64,000 bases of DNA from Macrostomum lignano (lineage: Eukaryota), in assembly GCA_002269645.1 (NCBI GenBank), contig NIVC01000514.1:124001-188000 (forward strand), given 5' to 3'. A program made the position numbers and the translations under genes. Below the pieces are notes generated by a model. It did no database searches and was not told the DNA's origin. It was given only the letters and a program-made list of their open reading frames with translations. This document shows positions 36,201-46,131 of the stretch, piece by piece; within the stretch, counting starts at the first letter, position 1; every line of letters begins with the position of its first letter.

Positions 36201-39200
36201 CCGTCTTAAAAACGCTATCACACCTCTTGCAGTCCATTCTTATTCCGGTCTCTTGTCTGTGCATACGTTCCTGTGGATGGCTAGTCCTTCTCTTGATCTG
36301 CATATTTTCTCGCATCCGTCCTCCCAGCACCTGAAGCCAATGAGTTCGTTTTCCTCCATTGGTAGTTCTCTTTGTCCGTTCTGGTTTTCTGGTTCTTCTT
36401 CGGCTCTTCCCTTGGTTTTACTTCTCTCTTGTTCAATCGTATCCCACTCGGCGTCCCGATCTTTGATGATTTCCCTCCACTTCTCTTTTGTCCGCGAGCT
36501 GTCCGACTCTGAGTGGGTCGAGTTTCTAATGAGTTTTCTCCAGTACGTAATTATCGTAGTCATCCTTTTCTTTGGTCTTTTCATTGATTCTAATCTCTTG
36601 TTCCATCCCATGACACAGATTTTCGTTATGCTGGAGTCTGGCAATCTCCACGTGGCCTAGTCTCCTCCAGTGTGCCGTTTCGATTTTTCTTTGAATGCTT
36701 TTTATCCCGATTTCTCGTCTCACGTCCCACATATTAACCTGTCTTTCTTCCATCTCCCGCAGAGGTTCTTTAGTTTTTCTGCTCCAAATATATCTGTAGT
36801 ACTTACCCATAATTCTTTGGAGTTGATTGATCTAGCTTTTTTTGAAGTGTCTAGCTCCTGCGTTGAACGTGAGCGTGCTTTCGACGCAGGCTTCGATCTC
36901 TCTCGCTTGAGTGCGTTCGTTAGTCTGGTTCTTCTGAGTCGCTTCTTAACTTTTGCCCCGGATGTCTTCTTTGTCTCCGAGCCACAGCCCCAGCATTCGG
37001 ATTCTATTGCTCTCTGCTGTTCCTACTGTTGCTGTCTCTTCTTTCGCGTCGTTCGTTCTTTCTTGTAGCCATCCCAAGACTGTCTTCACCGTCGTTTCTT
37101 CTTCGATTTCTTTCTTTCCGCCAATCACCGCGGTATCATCCGCGAACAGGGAGCAGGTGATCCGCGTGGTGGTTGATTCTTCCGTGAACTTATAGTTTCT
37201 CTGTGGTGGTCAGTGTTTTCCTGGCAGATAGGTCCATTCGATCCCAACTTCTTCGCCTCTGTTTGCTGCTGTGGTCTTTCTAGCTGTTTCTGCCGCTCTC
37301 ATGACCGCCTGATGGTAGATGTTAAAAAGTACGGGTGAGGTCGCGCATCCTTCATGTAATCCCCTTTGTGAGAAAATATGTGACTATCCTCATCCTCCGT
37401 GTGTACTTTGTATGCGGTGTGCTCATGTAGGCCCTTTAGTTTCTCGATCATTTTGTCTGGCATCTCGTGGTGTGCGAGTAGTCGCCAGAGTGCTGGCTTG
37501 TTTACTCTCGGATATTGAAGTACTTATGGTTTTCTCGGGGTGGCCTGTTAGGTCTTTGAAACCCACCGCTGCCACCAGTGAAGTACTTATGGTTGTCTCG
37601 GGGTTTCTCCTGCTGTCCAGCGCAGTGACTTGGGCTCTCCGTCTTCTCACTCGGAAGCCTTCTTAACTCTTAGTAGCGTAGGTAGTGCTGCCACCAGTTC
37701 CTTCAGGTCTCGGCCTTCGATGAGGTGAGCTTCCCGTCGGAACGAAATAACGAAGTCAACGAACTCGAAGGCGTCTCGTCAGCAGCACCTGCCGGGCTTG
37801 GTTGGTATGGGAGGGTTGAGTTAGCCTCTCGTAGGCTTGGGGTTTGCTTTAGTAGGGTCTCAGTCAGACCAGCACAAGCAGATTTAGTGTACGCAAAGAG
37901 GGGACTTAGTTCAGTCAATAGCGCACGCGGGCTCTTAGAAGTTTAGAGGCAAGCAAAGACTCCGGCAAAGACTCCTTGACGGAAACAAGGAGGAGAGGGG
38001 TCCTATTTATAGCCGGGATTCTCCCGCGCACAAGACCTCGTGACTTGTTCTATTTTTAGAACTGACGTCACTTGAGGTCTCGGGGCAGGGTCTCAGTGCG
38101 CGCAAGACCTCGTGACTCGTTCTATTTTTAGAACTGACGTAACTTGAGGTCTCCGGCCAGAGTACACGCGGCTGTGACTCAGTTGCTATTTTTAGCAACA
38201 TGAGTCACTCCTCTCCTTAGAGAAAGGAGGGGTCCGAAAGCACGTGATTCTCCCGGTAAACAGGGCCAACGAGTGCAGTAAACATGTTTACTGCACTTTA
38301 AGACTCCAAGAACGCAAGATCTGTCATGTGACTTGCTCACAAGACAGAGGAAAACGGGACGGGAACGAAACAGAGACAGCCCACAGCAGAGAAGCCGAGT
38401 GCTGAGAACAGAGACGCAGAAGGGCAGAACAGGCCAAGGGCAGCAACAGACAGCCAGGGGGGCGGGAAGCTGACCAGCGGCAGACAGCAACCCTGGGCGA
38501 GGGCGAGGGAGACTGCTGACAAAGGGGGACGCCAAACACTAAACTAGCGGCTCACTACAATATGCTTTTTTTAGATCCAGCAATTTAGCCACGGTATCGC
38601 TGTCTCCGCTAACTTCATCTTTCCCATTCTCTGCATTTCCGCTGATCTTTTGGTCAGTTTCGCGTCTTCCTGTAGTCTGAGGATGATCTGAGTGGCGTCC
38701 ATCGTCGACCTGTCCCGCCTGAAACCCGCTTGATTCTCGTCCAGGCAGTTGATCCCTTCCGCCCACCTGTTGATTCGGGTTGCGATAATCTTGCCAAGAA
38801 CCTACTTGTCATCGGTAGTAGGCAGACACCCCGATAATTGTTTAGGTCTTTTTTGTCTCCTTTTTTGTGTAACGGGATGATGAGTCCTAGCTTTTGTCCT
38901 TCTCCCCATTTCGTCGCCGATTCCGTCCACAGTCTGGTTATTTCAATGAGACATTCTTCTCTTACTGTTTCACACGCTGTCTTGATGTAGATCAGTCTTA
39001 ATTCGTCTTCTCCTGGTGCGCCGTTTTTCATTTTGTTCAGTTCTGTCGTGCCGTGCAGTTGGCATAAAGAAACTCAGGGTTTATTTTAACTAGCAAGTAG
39101 CCTATTTAATAATAATGACTCGAGCAGTGGCTGAGAGAACACCAAAATAGAGTCACGTGATGACAATCAACTACGTACAACTACATGGAAGCTTAGGGGT

Positions 39201-41944
39201 ATGGCCAGTCAGAGCGAAGGGAGAGGAAAGAATGGTGTGCACGTACGATGCACGTACATAGCATAAGTTAGTTAGTTAGCCAGTGCCTAGAGCTCAGCGC
39301 TCCGGAACCACAAGTTCTCTTTCGAATTCCTTCCAGGTGATTGGATCCATTAAGGCCTGGTTTGCTTGCTCTCTAAGTTTCAACATTCAGCATTGTGCAA
39401 AATTATCTTGTTTTACTCTCCCCATAGACCTGGGTGCTGCTACTGCTGGTGTACATTATCTACCTCGGCCTGGCCTTCGTCCTCTTCCTGCTGTCCCCCT
39501 ACGAACTGGGCGGTAGCGCCGGCAGCGCCTCCTCGACCGTCGCCAAAGCGAGGAAAGCCGGCTGCGGAGCCTTCGCGTTCATCACTGGCGGCCTCTTCAT
39601 CCAGGGTGAGTATGCAGTCGTGGATTTTTAACCTGTGATGCTAAATTTGTGATGTTTAATCTGTGGTGTTTAATCTGTGATGTTTAATCTGTGATGTTTA
39701 TCTGTGATGTTTAATCTGTGATGTTTAATCTGTGATGTTTATCTGTGATGTTTATCTGTGATGTTTATCTGTGATGTTTAATCTGTGATGTTTAATCTGT
39801 GATGTTTAATCTGTGATGTTTATCTGTGATGTTTAATCTGTGGTGTTTAATCTGTGATGTTTATCTGTGATGTTTAATCTGTGATGTTTAATCTGTGATG
39901 TTTAATCTGTGATGTTTATCTGTGATGTTTATCTGTGATGTTTATCTGTGATGTTTAATCTGTGATGTTTAATCTGTGATGTTTAATCTGTGATGTTTAT
40001 CTGTGGTGTTTAATCTGTGATGTTTATCTGTGATGTTTAATCTGTGATGTTTAATCTGTGATGTTTATCTGTGATGTTTATCTGTGATGTTTATCTGTGA
40101 TGTTTATCTGTGATGTTTATCTGTGATGTTTAATCTGTGATGTTTAATCTGTGATGTTTAATCTGTGATGTTTAATCCGTGTTCTGCGAATTCCCGAAAC
40201 ACTCAGGCTTCGCGCGCACCCCGAAGGCCCCCTCGGCCCGCGCCTTGGCCTTCGCCTGGTGGCTGTTCGCCCTGGCCACCGCCTGCTGCTACACGGCCGG
40301 CCTGGCGACCCGCCTGATGGCCGGCCGCCCGACGGCTTCCGCCAAGTTCGGCAGCCTGCAGGAGCTGATGGCGCAGTCAAAAGTGCCTTACGGAGTGCTG
40401 GCCGGCGGCTCCACCGCCACCATGCTGGCTGTGAGTAACCTGGCGGGCCCTGGACCTGATATCCTGAATCTGACACCCTGGATCTGACACCCTGGATCTG
40501 ACACCCTGGATCTGACACCCTGGATCTGACACCCTGGATCTGACACCCTGGATCTGACACCCTGGATCTGACACCCTGGATCTGACACCCTGGATCTGAC
40601 ACCCTGGATCTGACACCCTGGATCTGACACCCTGGATCTGACACCCTGGATCTGACACCCTGGATCTGACACCCTGGATCTGACACCCTGGATCTGACAC
40701 CCTGGATCTGACACCCTGGATCTGACACCCTGGATCTGACACCCTGGATCTGACACCCTGGATCTGACACCCTGGATCTGACACCCTGGATCTGACACCC
40801 TGGATCTGACACCCTGGATCTGACACCCTGGATCTGACACCCTGGATCTGACACCCTGGATCTGACACCCTCGATAGTGCTCTAAAACTATTAAGCACGG
40901 ACGTCCTGCCCGGAAAATTTCAGAACTCCAACATTCCCGAGTTCCTGGCCGTCAACGCCTTCCTGAGCCGCAATCCGAGCTGGAACGTCAAGAGCACTGA
41001 GGACGGACTGCAGCGCGTGAGGAAGGGCGGCTACGTCTGGATTGCCGAGGGCATCACCGCCGACTACCACGGCATGACCGAGTGTGAGCTGGTGTCCTCG
41101 CCCACCGGCCTCGCCACCGTGGACATCGGCCTGGCCATTGCCAAGGGTACGTCAGCGGGAGCTTAGACACCTGCAGACACCTGCAGACACCCTCAGACAC
41201 CTGCAGACACCCTCAGACACCTGCAGACACCCTCAGACACCTGCAGACACCCTCAGACACCTGCAGACACCCTCAGACACCTGCAGACACCCTCAGACAC
41301 CTGCAGACACCCTCAGACACCTGCAGACACCCTCAGACACCTGCAGACACCCTCAGACACCTGCAGACACCCTCACACACCTGCAGACACCCTCAGACAC
41401 CTGCAGACACCCTAAAACACCTTCGCAAATACCCTAGCAGGCACCCTGACAGACATCCTCCCCGATGCGATCCCGCAGGCTCCAACCTGAAGCAGGCATT
41501 CGACGCGGCCATCCTGAAGGTCAAGGCCAACGGCGAGCTGGACAGCATGAAGAGCCGCTGGTGGCAGAAAAACGACGACCAGTGCGCCGCCAAGGCCTCC
41601 GACTGGCCCAGCCCGCTGGCCCCTGGCGACCTGCTCGGCCTCTACCTGGTGCTGCTGCTCGGCTGCCTCGCCGCCTTCGTTGCCCTGCCCTTGGAATTTA
41701 TGCTGAAGGCTGCCGGACTGCCCTTTTGCGGGCGAGGCCAGCAGGTCTGAGAGCTCTGCTTGGCAATTCCGTCCCTTGCATTCAATTTCAAGTTTTCTCC
41801 GCCACTCCAAATGCCCCGCAGGCCGAGCAGCCGGCCGCCGCCGCCGCCGCTGCCCAGGATAAGCCAGGCAAAGACGCCGGTGCCGTTGCCACAGCCGGAT
41901 CGGAGGAGAAGCAGCCGGAGCCGGAGTCCAAACCTCTGGTTTAA
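33206..41944 (+). CDS. Divergent ATD-less ionotropic glutamate receptor-like subunit (iGluR-B), 8 exons, about 496 aa
   Basis: Exons 33206-33319, 34179-34370, 35472-35642, 39428-39605, 40207-40430, 40924-41146, 41479-41744, 41822-41944 (1491 nt, all GT-AG, phases compatible). Signal peptide then LENRELRVVTI, GFYIDLL, WNGLMGDIV, ADLTLATLRIMPKRLEAVDFT, M1, FITGGLFIQG, WWLFAL..CYTAGLATRLM, GGST, WIAEG, RWW..C, M4. Confidence 0.88.
33450..34060. repeat. Heptamer minisatellite (gaaccct/ggaccct), telomere-like
   Basis: Visible CCCTGAA/CCCTAAA/CCCTGGA units in iGluR-B intron 1. Confidence 0.85.
34495..35440. repeat. 24-bp intronic tandem repeat (gtgacagtctgtgtgagtcactcg)
   Basis: Visible units; source of four long ORFs. 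Confidence 0.95.
35784..35856 (+). repeat. Left copy of a 73-bp direct repeat (LINE target-site duplication) containing the 3' splice site and start of the iGluR-B M1 exon
   Basis: Matches 39384-39456 with 5 mismatches (offset exactly 3600). Confidence 0.85.
37471..38559 (-). mobile_element. Solo LTR (about 1.09 kb) inserted in the LINE RT
   Basis: TG...CA termini; splits RT between DLKKAY and MPDKM; TATAAATA on the minus strand at 38004-38011; duplicated enhancer-like block; no TSD visible. Confidence 0.65.
39044..39312 (-). mobile_element. Solo LTR (269 bp) of the Gypsy family at 61675-64000
   Basis: TGTCGTG...ACCACA flanked by a perfect 5-bp TSD AGTTC (39039-39043, 39313-39317); aligns to 61675-61939. 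Confidence 0.92.
39384..39456 (+). repeat. Right copy of the 73-bp target-site duplication, continuing into the intact M1/pore exon
   Basis: Acceptor CCATAG|ACC at 39427/39428; exon open to the donor at 39606. Confidence 0.85.
39630..40175. repeat. 13-14 bp intronic tandem repeat (ctgtgatgtttaat)
   Basis: Visible units. Confidence 0.95.
40470..40870. repeat. 14-bp perfect intronic tandem repeat (tggatctgacaccc)
   Basis: Visible units. Confidence 0.95.
41165..41410. repeat. Intronic tandem repeat (cagacacctgcagacaccct)
   Basis: Visible units. Confidence 0.9.
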
Positions 41945-41984
41945 CTTTGCTAGCACTAGACTGTTGCTATAACAGCCTAGCAAC

Positions 41985-42240
41985 ACCAGAGCACCAAGGA
42001 GCATAGCAACACCAGAGCACCATGAGCACAGCAACACCAGAGAATCATAAGCACAGCAACACCAGAGAATCATGAGCACCGCAACACCAGGGCACCATGA
42101 GCACAGCAACACCAGAGCACCATGAGCACAGCAACACCAGAACACCATGCATGAGCACAGCAACACAAGAGCACTATGAGCACAGCAACACCAGAGCACC
42201 ATGAGTACCGCAACACAAGAGCACCATGAGCACAGCAACA
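41985..42240. repeat. Tandem repeat downstream of the iGluR-B stop (agcaacaccagagcaccatgagcac)
   Basis: Visible units. Confidence 0.85.
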
Positions 42241-44366
42241 GAACAAAAACGCAGAAAAAACACCAGCCAGTAGTTAAAGTACATGTACCCTTATTTTTGA
42301 CAGCCAAACACAACACCATCGCAACAGCCTAACAACACCATAACAACAGCTTACCAACACCTAAAAGCGCGATTACAAACATCGCACCTTGGTGTATTTG
42401 TTTTAACTCTGCTGCATATTTTACATTTAAGCACCCGCGTAATCATCCACGAGTCTCTATAAACCGTCCACATACTCAGCACTGCAATATTAAGTGCAAT
42501 TTATATAGTCGATAATAATAATTAAACTCAGAATTTCTTATTCAGGCTTTATATTCGCTTCTTCTTATAGTTCTAGAGTCAAATTTTACCGAATGAACCC
42601 ATCTGTATTTGTACTTAAATTCTGCACTTCTGCTTAAGCATAGCTTTTAATTACTGAACTGCATGTCAAACTACATGCTACATTATTACTGTCATACTGT
42701 GCACAAATCATATAGGATTTTCTCTTATTCCTAAGTTTAAAAAGAGCAGTGGCTTGTACCCAATATTCGAAAATGTAATTAAATAAAAAACAAATGGCTT
42801 AAACATTTTTAGATTTTCCTAGAACTCCTATGATTAAACCAAATTGCTATTATTAGCTCTAGTAAAAATCAGCCGCAGCATTCTTTTTTATCCCAACCTG
42901 CTAAACTTTATTTCTCAGAGAGTGCATGTACGTCCTCTCATGTACGTCCATGCATTTTGTCTAATTTCTGGTCTGGTTTCCTTTAGTTATACGCTTTTAA
43001 TCCATTGTTTCATACTAAATAAATAAGCTCCTTTGTGTTTAACAGGATCAATATATCCCAGAAAGTGGTTGGAATCTTTAAATTTGGTCCGTTTGTGATT
43101 ATATACGGTTTTATTGTTGATGCAAGATGTGTAAATTTACGAATCGAAAAAAACTGTATGCAAATTGGGTCGAAGAGAATTAGAACGTTAGTTACTTCAG
43201 CTGTTTATGCATGGATAATTCGCATCGCAAGGGATATCGAAGTGGCCTGGTAGCCAAACATGGACGAGGCAAAGCAGTTATCTCCATGGCCGCTGTCTCC
43301 GAGCTCGCGCACGAATGCATCCATACATGTACACTTACAAATCCTCGCGCACTCACAAGTGAACATGTACATGTACTTTGTGCCTATTGGGGTTGGCCCT
43401 TTGGTTGTACATTTCACGACAAGCCCAATTGGGATTTTTTGTGTAAACGATCGAGCCACAAGTTAATTTCAAGGACTAATAGACTAGACTATATCGAATT
43501 TATCAGGTTATAGACTATCGAAGTGTTCATAGGGGTCCTTGCTGTAAATTGTGTCTGAATCCATGAAAATATTGTAATTTAATGCGAGAAATATGCTGAA
43601 GCGGTGCCGCAAACTTATTTAACTCCGTACGTTACCTCAGCACTCTCTGTGTGCAGACGCCAGGTCATGGTTCATGCTCATGTACATGGTACTTGGCCAC
43701 ACAAATTCATACTGCCAACACAGCTGGTGCAACCTACATATTAGGTAAATTTTCAAGTACATTAGTACTAAGATTGCTATGGTTTTATTTTACCTAAAAG
43801 TTTTCCAAACACAACACCAGTAAAAAGGAATCGTCCGAGTCGAGGCACAAAGCTCCCTGCTTCAACTATAGCAATGGCAACAGTATCGTTACCCATCAGT
43901 CGTTATTTTTTTTCGGCATTTTTAACTAATGCAGTTTCTTCGAACACAAACGGAAAAAATCATCATCATCCCTAGTGTTCTCTGTCCCGAGTCCAAAACA
44001 GTCAGACTTCTCATAGCGTTATATTTTATCAAAAATGAATATCAGCTTGCAGCAACTTGGAATACAGGGCACAGAAGAGTGAGTAATAATTTACTTTTTG
44101 AACTTAGTCATTTGTAAATTCAGGCGCGTAGCTAGCCAGGATTCACGTCAGGGGGGACAGAGCCATAAAACCGTCTCCGATGTTAGCGATGGAAGCAAAA
44201 TACAAAGGCAACAAAAAAATTCGTCCTGTTTGTCATATACTCATTTATACAGCATAGTTATTTCGACATAGATAGTATTATTGGGCATATGGATTATGGT
44301 TAGGCCTACATGTTTAAAGATATTTTGCTTAAAGTTTTGTGAATGTAATGTAATTATATAAAATTA

Positions 44367-44830
44367 GGCAGTTGTTATTTGTCCGGTGACCAGACGAATA
44401 GCGATGTGGTTATTTGTCCGGTTACTGGATAATGGCCATGCATTCCCGTTCACCTGGTTAATACTAGACAAATAGGCTTATTTATTATTTGACCAGTTAA
44501 ATTGATAATGCTAAAATATCTATTTTATAGAAACTACAAGGGTGTTTCTTAGAAGAATAATTCCTAAACTTCAAAGACTTCTTACTTGTATCTTGATTAT
44601 TATGTTGTTATACTAGTGTGTCTTATATACCAAATTATGCCAAATTGAATACACTGACTTTCTTATATGTATACTAGTATACAACAAAATATTAATCAGA
44701 TACACATGAAAAAGTCTAAAAAATCTAGAATATTCATCAAGAAACAAATAGCAATTTAAACAGTTTGCAATTTAACTGGACAAATAGTAAAAATGCTATT
44801 TGTCTAGTCACCGGACAAATAACAACTGCC
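44367..44830. mobile_element. Non-autonomous Mutator-like element (MULE-MITE), 464 bp
   Basis: About 36-bp TIRs (ggcagttgttatttgtccggtgac...) and a perfect 9-bp TSD ATAAAATTA at 44358-44366 and 44831-44839. Confidence 0.85.
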
Positions 44831-45059
44831 ATAAAATTAAGGTAAGCTAGCAGAATAGGTGCTATGCCTCCTGCTGAATGCCTATGGGAATCTACGGAAT
44901 ATGACAGCAACTACCATATTTCCGTAGTCATAGCCATAAGAGCAGCTAGCTACCGTAGGCGTATCCGTAGCTGCTGTAGGCACCTATTTTACCGTATTTG
45001 CCATAGGATCCCGTAGCTATAGCTACGGCTACGGCGGAACACTATTTATATACTAAAAT

Positions 45060-45320
45060 ACTTCTTCCCTATTCTCTCCCCTTTCCTTTTTCTCTTTCTT
45101 CTTTCCCTCTTCTTTCTTTCTTCTCTCTTTCCTCTATTCTCTCTTTTTTCTCTCTTGTCTCTTTCCTCTCTTTTTTACCTTTGCCTTTTCTCTTCTCTGT
45201 CCCCTGCCCTATCTTCCTCTTTTCTCTTTTATTTCTTCTTTTCTTTCCTCCTTTTTCCTCCCCTCTCTTTTCTTTCTTTTTACCTTTTTCTCTCCCTTTT
45301 CTCCTTCCCTTCTTTTTCAC
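45060..45320. repeat. Pyrimidine-rich low-complexity tract
   Basis: Almost only C/T on the plus strand. Confidence 0.9.
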
Positions 45321-45850
45321 ATATTTTCTTGCAATGTTTAGGTAACTATAAAGTAACAAAATATCCAGTGCTTGCTAAGATCTATGAGAGCAATGACCTA
45401 TTTGTTAGTTGGTTTGCAAGATAATTGGGCAGCAAGTCTCATAAATTGTTTTCATTCTAGCTTTCATAGGCTTCATATATCTTTTTGTGTAAGTATACCC
45501 CTAGATACTTAAAAGCTCTCCTTGCATTGAAAATAAAAAAATTAACTTTAACCCCTACTATCCTTACCACAATATGCATATGGAATCAAACATCTATTGT
45601 TTGAGCCCCTAAACCCAGGGACTTAAGAGCTCCCTTCATATTGAAAGTTTTTAATATTTTACCCTTATACATATATTTTTCATGTCTAGTTCCTATATTT
45701 AGGCTATTCAATAACTTCAAATACTTAAGACTTAAAAGACCATTGGAATGATTGCTTTAATGTATATGTTTCCATAACCATATTGTTATCCACATGTTCT
45801 GCCTAAAAACTTTTATCTACAATTTCCCATATCTATATCTATAGCTATGG

Positions 45851-46131
45851 TAGAACTCTCATACATGTGCAACAGTCGGCCGAGTTGGCCGATCTGGCCG
45901 ACCAATCTGGCGGCCAACCTAGGAAGTCGCAAAAATGCCCACCCAGAAAACCCCCCCAAGTAATAGTACTAAGTAGCTGGCGAGGCATTTTGAATTAATA
46001 AGACTCCTGCTGTTTACCTAAAGTTGCGTTAATTTTGCTTTAGGGTTTTTACATGTAAGTCGCATTTTTGGCCAAAAACTAAGTCGCACGGCTGACTGAA
46101 TTTTGGAGGTTGCGCATGTATGAGAACTCTA
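45851..46131. mobile_element. Small TA-bounded TIR element (MITE-like)
   Basis: 45851-45873 and 46109-46131 are inverted repeats (20/23 identical). Confidence 0.55.

Larger units (their letters stand above)
35857..39360 (-). mobile_element. 5'-truncated, disabled non-LTR retrotransposon (RTE-like LINE) with two nested solo LTRs
   Basis: Minus-strand RT motifs PITWKEFERE, KNGAPGED, IPLHKKGDKKDLNNYRGVCLL, ENQAGFR, LLDLKKAY, GLHEGCATSPVLFNIY, LFADD, RRLGHV; C-terminal Zn-finger-like CxxC..H motifs; (GAA)n tail at 35857. Confidence 0.88.

Noticed and set aside
44120-44165. hAT-like terminal sequence (caggcgcgtagctagccagg..ggggggac)
   Set aside because: No partner TIR or TSD found in the window
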